Source: an uncultured Bacilli bacterium
Lineage (GTDB): Bacteria > Bacillota_I > Bacilli_A > RF39 > UBA660
Length of the DNA: 64,000 nt
Direction of reading: 5' to 3'
Assembly (NCBI GenBank): GCA_944329385.1
Contig: CALVIE010000002.1
Span: 775 to 64,774 of the forward strand
Of this stretch, positions 34,862-45,071 are shown piece after piece. Position 1 is the first letter of the stretch; the number at the start of each line of letters is the position of its first letter. Both the position numbers and the translations under genes were made by a program. The notes beneath the pieces are model-generated. The model was not told where the DNA came from, did not search any database, and saw only the letters and a list, made by a program, of their open reading frames with translations.

Positions 34862-35711
34862 TATTAGGCTAGATATTTTTTTGACTAGCGTTTTGGATGA
34901 TAGCCGTAGTCAGGTGACAAAAATGATTAAATCTGGTGAGGTTTTGGTTAATGGAAAACAAGTGAAAGCGGGCTTTTTACTTAGTATAGGTGATAAAGTT
35001 TTAGTTAATCATGTATCTAAAGATACTATGATACCGGAGAAGATGAATTTGGATATTGTTTATGAGGATGATGATTTGATTGTTGTTAATAAGGCTAATG
35101 GGGTGGTTGTTCATCCGGGCGCTGGTAATACTAGTGGAACGCTTGTTAATGGTCTTTTATATCATACGAAGCTTAGTGATGTTAATGGCGATGAAAGGCC
35201 GGGTATTGTTCATAGGATAGATGCTTATACAACAGGACTTTTAATGGTTGCTAAAAATAATAAGGCTCATGAGTTTTTAGCTAAGGAGCTTGCTTTAAAA
35301 AAAACTTATAGAAAGTATATTGCTTTAGTTTGGGGAGTTATTCCAAATGATACTGGTGAGATAGATGCTCCAATTGGTAGAAGTAAAAATGATCGTAAAA
35401 AGATGGCAGTTAGATCGGACGGCAAGAAAGCGGTGACTCATTTTAGGGTTTTAAAAAGATATGAAAAAGCTACTTTGATTGAACTTAAATTAGAAACGGG
35501 TAGAACTCATCAAATTAGAGTACATTTAGATTATATTGGACATCCGATAGTTAATGATCCTGTTTATGGAAATAGAAAATTATTTGATGATACTGGTCAG
35601 TGTTTGCACGCTAAGGAACTTGGGTTTGTGCATCCTAGAAGTTTAAAATATATGCAGTTTGATAGTGAACTTCCTTTGTGTTTTACTAATATATTAAAAA
35701 AATTTGAGTAG
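34836..35711 (+). CDS. rluD: RluA-family 23S rRNA pseudouridine synthase (RluD-like)
   Basis: An S4 domain is followed by HRIDAYTTGLLMVAKN and GRTHQIRVH. Confidence 0.9.
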   Translation: MEYQVKENDIRLDIFLTSVLDDSRSQVTKMIKSGEVLVNGKQVKAGFLLSIGDKVLVNHVSKDTMIPEKMNLDIVYEDDDLIVVNKANGVVVHPGAGNTSGTLVNGLLYHTKLSDVNGDERPGIVHRIDAYTTGLLMVAKNNKAHEFLAKELALKKTYRKYIALVWGVIPNDTGEIDAPIGRSKNDRKKMAVRSDGKKAVTHFRVLKRYEKATLIELKLETGRTHQIRVHLDYIGHPIVNDPVYGNRKLFDDTGQCLHAKELGFVHPRSLKYMQFDSELPLCFTNILKKFE

Positions 35712-35716
35712 GTGAT

Positions 35717-36859
35717 ATGATGAATGAGGTAGTTATTAATAAAAAAGAAGAACTTGTTATGAAACTATTACACTATTTTATTACTGAAAGAGGATATAAT
35801 CCAGTAATTATTAGAGGTGTAAAGGATGAAATATGGCTTGAAAATTTGGAGGATGATTATAAAATTGTAAGAATTGTTTCAGGATATATTCATAATAATG
35901 AGCAATTTAAGTTTGATATTTTTAAGACAAAGAGTTTACTTAAAAGTATAAAGAAAAAAACATTATCTTTTAAGATTAATGCTTTAAGTATTTTTGTTAA
36001 TTTAGGTGATAATGTCGATATTAGTAAATTTGATGATACTCCTAATATTAAGTTTGCAAATATTCATAAGGAAGATGATTTAAAGAAGTATCGTTTTGTT
36101 ATTTCTGCTTTTCCGGATATTACAAAGGATATGAATTTTAAGGAAAAAGGGTTAGAACTTTTTCTTAAAATTACAAATGATATTAATAAGAAAAATGAGG
36201 ATGATGCAAGGATGAATGAAAATGTATTTAAGCCTAAAAAGCCAATTATTACTTATATTCTTATTGCTATAAATGTATTAGTGTTTATTTCATCGATGTT
36301 TAATGAGAATATTTTATTAAATTTTGCAGTCAATAGAGAATTAATTGTAAATATTGGTCAGTATTATAGACTATTTACTGGTATGTTTTTACATTCTGGT
36401 ATTATTCATTTACTTTTTAATATGTATGCTTTATATATTATTGGTATGCAACTTGAGAGTTTTCTTGGAAAATGGAAATATTTAGTGGTTTATTTGCTTT
36501 CTGGATTAGGTGCATCGATGCTTTCAATTTTCTTTAGCAATAGTTTTAGTGTAGGTGCTTCTGGTGCAATATTTGGATTAATGGGTGCTTTACTTTATTT
36601 TGGTTATCATTACCGTGTTTATTTGGATAGTGTAGTTAAATCACAGATTATACCACTTATTGTTCTTAATTTAATTTTAGGTTTTACTTTATCTGGTATT
36701 GATAATTGGGCTCATGTTGGTGGTTTAGTTAGTGGTATTTTAGCTACTATGGCCGTTGGTGTTAAGTATAAATCGACTAAATTTGAAATGATTAATGGGG
36801 TTATTCTTTATTTAATTTATATTGGTTTTCTTGGATATATGGTGTTTTTTGGCATATAA
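35717..36859 (+). CDS. Rhomboid-family intramembrane serine protease with an N-terminal cytoplasmic domain
   Basis: GASGAIFGLMGA (Ser) and AHVGGLVSG (His) lie in a 6-TM core. Confidence 0.85.
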   Translation: MMNEVVINKKEELVMKLLHYFITERGYNPVIIRGVKDEIWLENLEDDYKIVRIVSGYIHNNEQFKFDIFKTKSLLKSIKKKTLSFKINALSIFVNLGDNVDISKFDDTPNIKFANIHKEDDLKKYRFVISAFPDITKDMNFKEKGLELFLKITNDINKKNEDDARMNENVFKPKKPIITYILIAINVLVFISSMFNENILLNFAVNRELIVNIGQYYRLFTGMFLHSGIIHLLFNMYALYIIGMQLESFLGKWKYLVVYLLSGLGASMLSIFFSNSFSVGASGAIFGLMGALLYFGYHYRVYLDSVVKSQIIPLIVLNLILGFTLSGIDNWAHVGGLVSGILATMAVGVKYKSTKFEMINGVILYLIYIGFLGYMVFFGI

Positions 36860-36890
36860 AAAGTCCTTAGTGTTTATCTAAGGGCTTTTT
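36858..36890. terminator. Bidirectional terminator
   Basis: Stem aaaaagtccttag/ctaagggcttttt with one wobble pair. Confidence 0.7.
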
Positions 36891-37673
36891 AGTTAAGATT
36901 TTTTGTTTTTCTTTTACTTGTTTTTTTTCTAGTTCATAAAATATTGCTTGATGATTTTCTTTTTTAAGTTTTAATTTTGGGATTTTTGTTTTTTCTTGGA
37001 CAGTGGTTTTTGTGTTTTGTTTTTCTTTTGTTTCTTCTTCATTGCTTTTTACTTCATTTTTTCTTTTTTCAAGGTGTTTTTTTAAATCGTTTGAATATTG
37101 TTTTATATTTATTATTTGTATGGGCATGGTTGCAATACTTAAGGCAGTGCTTGCAGCAATAAGGGTTTCATTGGTGATGCCAGATATATTTAGATTTTGA
37201 ACGGCTAGGGCGAGATAGGCTAAAATTAAGGCAATTGATAGAGGCCATATTTTTACTTTACCTAGAAGGTTACTTTTGGGTTTACCATTTTGGGCAAGTA
37301 GTTTAGCGTTAGTTAGAGCTATTTTTCCTTCTAATGCACCGTTGATAGCAAATATTGGCATAATTGGTAAGATACCAATAATTAATAGGACTGAAAAAAT
37401 TTTATCAGATACTGCATCTAGCATTGCTCCTTCTTTTGTTTCTTCTTTGGCGATTATTCGTGCTGTAAATCCATCTAAAAAATCTGATAGAGCTAGGAAG
37501 GTGATTACTTTAAAAAGCATTGGTAATGGGGCGTTTGTATAGGCCATTATTGGAATTATAAATCCACCGATCACTCTTGAGAATGAAAGCCAATTGGGGA
37601 TTAGTGATAATTTATTGTTTGGGTTTAATAATCCTTTGGCAAAGTTTTTTGTTGTATTTTTTATTGCATCCAT
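36867..37673 (-). CDS. CDP-alcohol phosphatidyltransferase family protein with a K/E-rich C-terminal tail
   Basis: DFLDGFTARIIAKEETKEGAMLDAVSDKI matches D-x2-DG-x2-AR...G-x3-D-x3-D. ATG at 37673 follows RBS ggaggg. Confidence 0.8.
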   Translation of the reverse strand: MDAIKNTTKNFAKGLLNPNNKLSLIPNWLSFSRVIGGFIIPIMAYTNAPLPMLFKVITFLALSDFLDGFTARIIAKEETKEGAMLDAVSDKIFSVLLIIGILPIMPIFAINGALEGKIALTNAKLLAQNGKPKSNLLGKVKIWPLSIALILAYLALAVQNLNISGITNETLIAASTALSIATMPIQIINIKQYSNDLKKHLEKRKNEVKSNEEETKEKQNTKTTVQEKTKIPKLKLKKENHQAIFYELEKKQVKEKQKILTKKPLDKH

Positions 37674-37827
37674 GAAATCCCTCCGACAATTTATATATTT
37701 TAGCACATTTTTTTATATAAGTAAATTGTTTTTAAAATGTCAAATAATGTCTAATTTTATTTTGGAAATAGTGCGTTTGGATAGTATTTTTGGTATAATT
37801 ATTTTAGAGTAAATAGGAGGCATAGAT

Positions 37828-40800
37828 ATGAAAAAATATTTTAAAATTATTATTATTTTATTATTTTTAATGTTTAATTTTATGCCTTTTTATAAGGTGG
37901 AAGCGGCTTCTAGTTATTCAGTAGAAATGGTTGCTAATCAAACTGGTAATAAGGTTATTGGCAAGTATAATAGTTATAGTGCAGCTTTAAATGCGATGAA
38001 TAGTCAAAGTTCAAGTGCGAATAGTGTGGCGACTATTTATAAAGATGGGGTACCGGTTGATAGTAAGTATGCTATTTTTAAGTTTAAGCCTGGTTCTACA
38101 TATAGTTTATATACTTCTAGCAGTTCTAACTCTGCTTATACATCTGTTCATGGTTCTTATGGTACTGATGCGGCTGTTTTAGGATATAGTGATAATGGTA
38201 GAGTTAAGATTATGATTAGCGGCTTTATTGGCTGGACAAATATTAATAATGGAATTGTAACGCCTATTTCTTTACTTGGAGTAAGTGGTAATGTTATTAA
38301 TGTACCGGGCGGTCTTGGAATTAGAATTAGGAAGAGTCCGTCACTTTCTGGAGCGGTGATTACACAGGTTGCTTCGACGACTAATTTTAATTATACAGAA
38401 ACTAAACAAGCTGATGGATATACTTGGTATAAAGTTAGTTATAATGGTAGTGCGGCATGGATTGCGAAGACTGATAGTGTGACAGTTCTTACTGGTATGA
38501 ATGGACTTGGAACTTATTATGAACGAAATACTAGTACTAATAATTTAATTCATCATTTTACTTATTATAATGGTAGCGGATACGGTGATACTTTTTCTAA
38601 TTTAGGAACGGCGCCAACTTATTTAACACCAGGTGTTAGATATTATAGTTTTGATGGTAATTATTTTTATTCTTCTCTTACTTCAATGCTTGATGATTAT
38701 AGAGCTGGCAAATATAGCTTTAGTGTGAATGCAAGTAATCCACATTATGCTTATTATTTATATTTATCAAGTCATTCGGTGACTGGTTATAGTGCTTCTG
38801 ATTTTGACAATATTATTGCAGGTAAGGGTTATACAGCATCAACATCTAAGATGTATGGTACTGGTAAGTATTTTAAAGAAGCTGAGGCTACTTATGGACA
38901 GAATGCGTTGATGATGTTTGGTACTGCAATGAATGAAAGTGCTTCTGGTACGAGTAAGATTGCTATGGATAAGAATAATTTATTTGGCTATGGGGCGGCT
39001 GATAGCTGTGCTTATGAGTGTGCTTATTCATATAGTAGTCCGCGTGATTCTATTATGGATTATGCGAAAAAAACAGGTACTAGTTATTCACTTGCGACTG
39101 GAAAATACTATTATGGTAGTCATTATGGTAATAAGGCGAGTGGCCGAAATGTAAAATATGCGACTGATCCATATTGGGGTGAGAAACAAGCTAGTAATTC
39201 TTTTAACAATGATAAAAGTTATGGAGGTAAGGATTTTAATTCAAGTACAATAGGGACAGTTAGGAAAAACATTTCTAGTCCTTGGGTATTCGATGAGCCT
39301 TTACAAACGAATGAAGGACATATTTATACTTTGAAAAATCCTAATAGTAATGATCGGGTTAATGATTTAGCTGTTAATGTTGTTGATAAGGTTGTTAATT
39401 CATCTGGAGTAGAATTTTATAAGATTTATGCAGATTTATCTGGAACTTCTAATATTTTATATGGTTATGTATTAGCTGCGGAGATTAATGTTACAAATAA
39501 TCAACCAGTCATTAATGCTTCTGATATAACTATTAAAGAAGGGGATTTATTTAATCCTTTGGAAGGTGTGAGTGCATCTGACGTAGAAAATGGAAATTTA
39601 ACTAATAAGATTACTTATGAAAGTAATGTTAATCCTAATAAAGAAGGTACATATAAAGTTACTTATACGGTTGTAGATAATAGTAATTTCCATGCTAGTA
39701 AAACAATTACTGTTAAGGTTATTTCGGCTGAAATGCCAATAATTACGGCTTCTGATAGAGAAGTTAAACAATTTGAAGAATTTGATTATATGGATGGTGT
39801 AAGTGCGAAAGCTTACGATGGAACTGATTTAACTGATAGTATTACTTATGAAGAAACAGTAGATACTGATGTTGCTGATACATATGAGGTTACTTATAAG
39901 GTTAAAGATTCTAAAGGTAAAGAAGTAAGTAAAACAATTAAGGTTACTGTTATTCCTAATGAAAAACCAGTTATAAATGTTTCAGATAAAGAGGTATATT
40001 TAAATAGTGAATTTGATCCATTAGAAGGCGTTAGTGCATATGACGCAGAAGATGGGGAAATTAAAGATATTGAATATAAAGGTGAAGTAAAAACTGATGA
40101 AGTAGGGGACTATAAAATAACTTATACAGTTACTGATAAAAATGGTCAAAAGACAGAAAAAACTATAACAGTAAAAGTTATTGTAAATCAGCTTCCAGTG
40201 ATTAATGCTTATGATAAAACTATAACTATTAATACTGAATTTGATCCATTAGAAGGTGTTACAGCTTATGACGTGGAAGATGGGACAATTAAGGATATAA
40301 CGGTTGTAAAAAATGATGTTAAAACTGATACTTTGGGTAAATATGAAGTAATATATGAAGTTACTGATTTATACGGTCAAACTGTTACTAAAACAATTAC
40401 TATTACAGTTAGTGAAAAAGTATTAATAGAAAAAGAAGGAGAATTCTATTTAGATTATTTGAAAGAAGTAGATGGAAATTTACAAATTAAAGGATACAAT
40501 ATTATTAGAAATATTAACAATGATTTAAATACTAATATAGAATATGAACTTATTTTAGTAAACCAAAATAATAATAAAGAATATTCACAAAAGCTTGAAA
40601 GAATTACTGACAAAAATGAAATGACAATTCCTATTATTTCTGAAGATGGTTATGATTATACCTATTCTTGGTTTGCTGGTAATATTAATTTTAATAGTGT
40701 TCCTGAAGGAAATTACACAGTTTATTTAAAATCTACTAATAGTGATTATTATTCTAAATCTTTAGTTAAAAATATTTTCTTAAATGAACAAGCTTCACAA

Positions 40801-41367
40801 TATAATACTAATGGTAAATATGTAACTATTACTAATGATTATATGAGTGTTGATATTCCAGTTAATTTTACTGTAAGGGATAGTGAACTTGCTAAAAAAG
40901 AAACATCAGCGGATACTAATCAATTTAGTTATATTGAAAAAGTAGAATTGAATGGTAAATATCTACATTTAAAGGGTGCATCTTATTCAGTTGATGTAGA
41001 TATGAATAAAGATGCTAAAGTTTCCAGAAAGATTATCTTTGAAAATCAAGATAGTTTTGATAAATATACTTTTGATTTAGGTTATGTAAATACTGGCACT
41101 TTCATGATAGAATTGGTTGCACCTGATAAATTTGGTATTTCTAAACCTTTAGCTTGGTATGATAGCAATATTGATATTTCTGATTTACCAAAAGGTAAAT
41201 ATGCTATTTATATTACTAACGAATCTAATATAGCTGATTATGGTGAACTTAGTGATATTTTACTATTTACAAGTTTTGATAAAGCTAATGGATCAATAAA
41301 TGGTAAAAAATATAGATTATATTTAAATGATAAACTTCGTTATAGAGTAGAATTAACTATTGAATAA
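37828..41367 (+). CDS. Secreted cell-wall hydrolase: SH3b, GH73 N-acetylglucosaminidase, four Ig-like (DUF5011-type) repeats and a C-terminal domain
   Basis: The protein has a signal peptide. FGTAMNESASGTSKIAMDKNNLFGYGA is the glucosaminidase core. The repeat P(V/I)I(N/T)ASD..EF(D/N)PLEGVSA.D.EDG...I occurs four times. Confidence 0.8.
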   Translation: MKKYFKIIIILLFLMFNFMPFYKVEAASSYSVEMVANQTGNKVIGKYNSYSAALNAMNSQSSSANSVATIYKDGVPVDSKYAIFKFKPGSTYSLYTSSSSNSAYTSVHGSYGTDAAVLGYSDNGRVKIMISGFIGWTNINNGIVTPISLLGVSGNVINVPGGLGIRIRKSPSLSGAVITQVASTTNFNYTETKQADGYTWYKVSYNGSAAWIAKTDSVTVLTGMNGLGTYYERNTSTNNLIHHFTYYNGSGYGDTFSNLGTAPTYLTPGVRYYSFDGNYFYSSLTSMLDDYRAGKYSFSVNASNPHYAYYLYLSSHSVTGYSASDFDNIIAGKGYTASTSKMYGTGKYFKEAEATYGQNALMMFGTAMNESASGTSKIAMDKNNLFGYGAADSCAYECAYSYSSPRDSIMDYAKKTGTSYSLATGKYYYGSHYGNKASGRNVKYATDPYWGEKQASNSFNNDKSYGGKDFNSSTIGTVRKNISSPWVFDEPLQTNEGHIYTLKNPNSNDRVNDLAVNVVDKVVNSSGVEFYKIYADLSGTSNILYGYVLAAEINVTNNQPVINASDITIKEGDLFNPLEGVSASDVENGNLTNKITYESNVNPNKEGTYKVTYTVVDNSNFHASKTITVKVISAEMPIITASDREVKQFEEFDYMDGVSAKAYDGTDLTDSITYEETVDTDVADTYEVTYKVKDSKGKEVSKTIKVTVIPNEKPVINVSDKEVYLNSEFDPLEGVSAYDAEDGEIKDIEYKGEVKTDEVGDYKITYTVTDKNGQKTEKTITVKVIVNQLPVINAYDKTITINTEFDPLEGVTAYDVEDGTIKDITVVKNDVKTDTLGKYEVIYEVTDLYGQTVTKTITITVSEKVLIEKEGEFYLDYLKEVDGNLQIKGYNIIRNINNDLNTNIEYELILVNQNNNKEYSQKLERITDKNEMTIPIISEDGYDYTYSWFAGNINFNSVPEGNYTVYLKSTNSDYYSKSLVKNIFLNEQASQYNTNGKYVTITNDYMSVDIPVNFTVRDSELAKKETSADTNQFSYIEKVELNGKYLHLKGASYSVDVDMNKDAKVSRKIIFENQDSFDKYTFDLGYVNTGTFMIELVAPDKFGISKPLAWYDSNIDISDLPKGKYAIYITNESNIADYGELSDILLFTSFDKANGSINGKKYRLYLNDKLRYRVELTIE

Positions 41368-41406
41368 GTATTGACCTTGATTGACTTAATGTGATAGAAT
41401 TGTTGT

Positions 41407-41470
41407 AGAAAAAAGAGAGATTCCATAAAATGCAGAAGCTGCGTGCTTGTGCCTGGGCTCTCTTTTTTCT
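41407..41470. terminator. Bidirectional terminator with a 13-bp outer stem and a structured GC-rich 38-nt insert
   Basis: Perfect arms agaaaaaagagag/ctctcttttttct enclose attccataaaatgcagaagctgcgtgcttgtgcctggg, which contains an inner hairpin gcag-aag-ctgc. Confidence 0.55.
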
Positions 41471-42138
41471 TATGTGATAATCCATACTAATTCATTTTCT
41501 ATTGTTTCAGCTGTTTCGGTTATGAAACTATTATAGTCATAATGATTATAGTCTTGCAAGTCATAATTCCAAATATCTATATTATCTATTAATTCTTTTA
41601 CTAATATGTTGTTTTTAAAATAGTTAAATGTGAATATTTGTACTGATATTACGTATAATGTTTTTGAATTTATTCTTTCTTTTACAGTAATTAGTGCTTT
41701 ATAACATTTATTATTCATTTTTAATGGTGCTACAAAATGATGGTATCCTATTTCACTCGGACTATTTGTTTTTTGTTTCATTGGTTTTAAAGTATCAATA
41801 TATATTGCGTTTTCAAATAAATCTTTTAAATAACAAGAAGCATTTAAGTTATCAATGTATCTTGAGTTAAAGACTTTAAAATTTGTTTTTGGGTGAATTA
41901 TTTTATTTATTGTTTTATTAGTAATTTTAGCTGTATAGCCTGTTGCTTTATTTATTATTAAGCCTTTGTTATCATATAAATTGTTTTTAGCTTTCTCTAT
42001 TAATAATTTTATATCTTTATATGTTTTTACATTAATATAATCTTTAGATTTTATAAATTTTATTTTATCATTTATATCTATGTATTTATTTCTTATAAGC
42101 ATTTTTATCATCTCCAATACTTGTTTTAAATATATCAT
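41470..42138 (-). CDS. Hypothetical protein
   Basis: 222-aa soluble, Lys/Asn-rich ORF with no motif I can assign confidently. The start codon is uncertain. Confidence 0.45.
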   Translation of the reverse strand: MIYLKQVLEMIKMLIRNKYIDINDKIKFIKSKDYINVKTYKDIKLLIEKAKNNLYDNKGLIINKATGYTAKITNKTINKIIHPKTNFKVFNSRYIDNLNASCYLKDLFENAIYIDTLKPMKQKTNSPSEIGYHHFVAPLKMNNKCYKALITVKERINSKTLYVISVQIFTFNYFKNNILVKELIDNIDIWNYDLQDYNHYDYNSFITETAETIENELVWIIT

Positions 42139-42218
42139 AAATATTTTTGTTTGTAAATGTTTTTACGAACGTTTGTTTTTGTTTTTTTTAAAATTTAAAA
42201 GGAATAATTTTTATTCGA

Positions 42219-44231
42219 TTATTCCTTTATTTTTACTGTAACTTTATTACAAGAGTTTACTGTTATTCCTTGTAGTTCACTCATATTTAATATTTGACCA
42301 CTTTTTCCGTTATTTGCGGGAGCAATATCACAATCAATAAATTTACTATATTTTGATTTGATATTTGAACATGTTTTGTTTGGATCTCCAATGCTTACCC
42401 AGTCTGGAGAGATATTTAAAACTGTTGTTTCACAAGTTGGAGTAGAAGGGGTTGTTGATCCGCTTGTGCTTCCTCCAGAAGAACTAGAATTATTTGATGA
42501 ACTTCCATTAGATGGTCTAGTTGAACTAGAAGTAGATGTTTTATTTGAATTATTTGGTTTTTTATTAGTGGAAATAGTTATAACAATTGTATCTCCTTTG
42601 GAAATTTGTGTTCCTTCAGCAATACTTTGGTTAATTACTTTGCCAGAAGATTTAGTAGAGTATTCCTCTTTAAAAGTACATTTGATACCTAGTTTGTCGC
42701 ATTCATTTTGTGCTTCTTTTTTAGTCATTCCATTAAAATTTGGAATAGTTACAGCTTTTCCTTTTGAAACGTATACTGTAATAGTATCTTCTAAGTTGAT
42801 ATTTTTTCCTTCTTCTATAGAAGTTTTAATTATTTTATCTTTTTCTAGGTTCTCATTAAATTCTTCTTTTATTTCATATTTTATTTGATTGGTATCAGCC
42901 CATGATTTGAAATCATTAATATTATCAAATTTTTTCATGACAAGTGGTCCTTTAGAGAAAGTAATATCAATGGTAGTTCCTTCTTCAATAATATCTCCTT
43001 TTTTATAATTACTTTCAATTACTCTTCCTGATTTGATTTTACTGTCATACTTATCTTTATAATTTATTTGTAAATTATTTTCAACCATCCATTTAGTAAC
43101 GTAAGACATAGTTTTATTTTTTAAATCAGGTACTTTTATTTCTTTACCTTTAGAAATAGTTAAAGTAACCATTTCATCTGGTTTAACGGTTGCTTCCTGT
43201 TTAGGATTACTGTTTATTACATGTCCTTTTTCAATGTTTTCAGAAAATTCATATTTTAACTCATATAAAATGCCATTTCTTCCTAAATATACTTCAGCAT
43301 TTAATAAACTTTCATTTTTTAAATCTTTTAATTTAATAGGGGATAAGGCATCTTTATTACCTAAAGATACTGTGAAAATAATTGGTTCATTTCGTTTAAT
43401 TGTTCCAGTTTTACTTTGAGAAATTACAGTATCTTTTTTAATATTTTCATTTGCTTCAAAGTTTATAGCAATGTTATTTAAAAAGTTTTCATTTATGAAT
43501 TTTAATAAGTCATCTACATTCCAACCAGTCATATCGGCTAATATTAATTCTTTGTTATAGTCTGGACCATTTGAAACAACAAAGTCAACATTATCTATAG
43601 TTTTTGTTAGAGTTTCAGCTTTTTCACTTTGAGATATTACATTATATTTTTTAGTTGTATCACTATATTCAAAATCTTGATTAGTTTTGATTTTATTTTT
43701 TTCGGTCCAATTTATGGCTTTAGTTAAGTTTTTACTTTCAAAGTTTGGTAAGTAACTTTGAATTGGAAGTTTTATTATGTTTGTCATATAAAGTCCGTTA
43801 AATGTAACAGCTGATATTATAAGCAAAGATGTGATGACAGTAGGGGCGGTTTTGTTTTTAAAAAAAGATTTTTTAAAACTAATAAGAAAACAGGTCATAA
43901 TAATTAGAAGTAAAGATGCATTGACAATTTGATAGATTTGATTGATTTTATTTGCGGAGTCAATTACTAAATAGATAAATGCAATGATGGTAATTAAGTA
44001 TGTTAAAGAAAGAATGATGTTAGTTTTAACTGGTTTGTTCATTTTTTCTTCATTTTTAAATGTGTTTTTTCTTTCTTTTTTATAAATGTTTTTTTTGTCA
44101 TCAAAGATTATATCTTTTAGCTCTTTTCTTTTTTCTTCTATGCTTTTTTCTTTTTCCATTTGTTTTGTTTTTAAATTTTCTTCTATTTGTTTTCTTTCGG
44201 TTCTTGTTTTATATGTATTATTATTTTCCAT
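42219..44231 (-). CDS. Membrane protein with about six extracellular PASTA repeats and no kinase or PBP domain
   Basis: A short K/E-rich N-terminus and three TM helices are followed by repeated ~65-aa units ending ...T(I/L)T(I/V)SKG, for example VPDLKNKTMSYVTKWMVENNLQINY... and IPNFNGMTKKEAQNECDKLGIKCTF... A Ser-rich linker and a Cys-containing C-terminal module follow. Confidence 0.7.
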   Translation of the reverse strand: MENNNTYKTRTERKQIEENLKTKQMEKEKSIEEKRKELKDIIFDDKKNIYKKERKNTFKNEEKMNKPVKTNIILSLTYLITIIAFIYLVIDSANKINQIYQIVNASLLLIIMTCFLISFKKSFFKNKTAPTVITSLLIISAVTFNGLYMTNIIKLPIQSYLPNFESKNLTKAINWTEKNKIKTNQDFEYSDTTKKYNVISQSEKAETLTKTIDNVDFVVSNGPDYNKELILADMTGWNVDDLLKFINENFLNNIAINFEANENIKKDTVISQSKTGTIKRNEPIIFTVSLGNKDALSPIKLKDLKNESLLNAEVYLGRNGILYELKYEFSENIEKGHVINSNPKQEATVKPDEMVTLTISKGKEIKVPDLKNKTMSYVTKWMVENNLQINYKDKYDSKIKSGRVIESNYKKGDIIEEGTTIDITFSKGPLVMKKFDNINDFKSWADTNQIKYEIKEEFNENLEKDKIIKTSIEEGKNINLEDTITVYVSKGKAVTIPNFNGMTKKEAQNECDKLGIKCTFKEEYSTKSSGKVINQSIAEGTQISKGDTIVITISTNKKPNNSNKTSTSSSTRPSNGSSSNNSSSSGGSTSGSTTPSTPTCETTVLNISPDWVSIGDPNKTCSNIKSKYSKFIDCDIAPANNGKSGQILNMSELQGITVNSCNKVTVKIKE

Positions 44232-44339
44232 GATTATCACCTATAATAATTATACATTAAATGAATTTTAAACTAAATATTTGAAGGTTATTTGTTTTTT
44301 AATTTGACTATTGGTTTACAAAAAAAAAGATGAGTATTT

Positions 44340-44987
44340 TCATCTTAAATGTTTTTTAATTAAATGCATGACTTTTTCTTTTTCACTTTTACTTTTTAAA
44401 GGATTATGCATTTTTGTTTTAACAGTTTTAATTTCTATATTGTTTTTTCTTTTAGCTAAATCATTTAAATATTCTTTAGCGATAAAAGCATCATCTTTTG
44501 AATAGATAATTAATGTTGGAACATTTACTTTTTCGATAGCTATTTTAGCTAAAGATTGTGTTTTATTAGAGATAATAAGTTTTTTGATTTTATTTTTATT
44601 TAGTTTAGTTTTTTCTTCACCATAAGGTCTGATGATTTTTTCGTCACCTTTTTCGTAATCTATTTGTTTTTGTTCTTCTTCTGTATAGTTACCAAATTCT
44701 GGAGCAATTAAAACTAATCTTTTAATTTTTTTACTTTTACTAGCTGTTAAAACTCCTAAATTACATCCCATTGTGTTGCAAATGAGATTTGCTTTTTGTC
44801 CCATTGGGTTGGCTTTTATAAAGGCGTCGTTTAAAGTGGCATTTAAATTTTTAATAGATGTGAGTGGTAGATCAGCATAGTGTTCAAAAACAAAATTTAA
44901 ATTTAATCCATTTTCGTTAAAAAATTTTCTTGTTTCATCAAGTTCTTCTAAGTTTGTAGTTAATCCTTTGTAATATAAATTATACAT
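44340..44987 (-). CDS. Alpha/beta-hydrolase-fold protein (putative)
   Basis: 215 aa. The nucleophile-elbow-like sequence is LICNTMGCNLG, with Thr where GxSxG has Ser. The assignment is weak. Confidence 0.4.
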   Translation of the reverse strand: MYNLYYKGLTTNLEELDETRKFFNENGLNLNFVFEHYADLPLTSIKNLNATLNDAFIKANPMGQKANLICNTMGCNLGVLTASKSKKIKRLVLIAPEFGNYTEEEQKQIDYEKGDEKIIRPYGEEKTKLNKNKIKKLIISNKTQSLAKIAIEKVNVPTLIIYSKDDAFIAKEYLNDLAKRKNNIEIKTVKTKMHNPLKSKSEKEKVMHLIKKHLR

Positions 44988-45071
44988 TTTTATCCTCCTT
45001 TGGTTATTACATTATAGCATATATTTTTGAAAATATGATATTTTTTTTAATTTAATTTTTTTTGAATTGTT

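Noticed and set aside
36977-37812. Four + strand ORFs (61-88 aa) opposite the CDP-alcohol phosphatidyltransferase gene.
   Set aside because: They are shadow ORFs antisense to a gene with a clear catalytic motif, and they have no RBS.
41407-41470. Possible small SRP (4.5S-like) RNA, considered because of the GC-rich hairpin.
   Set aside because: The conserved domain IV elements (the GGAA tetraloop context and AGCAGC/GGUCC-type loops) are not present.
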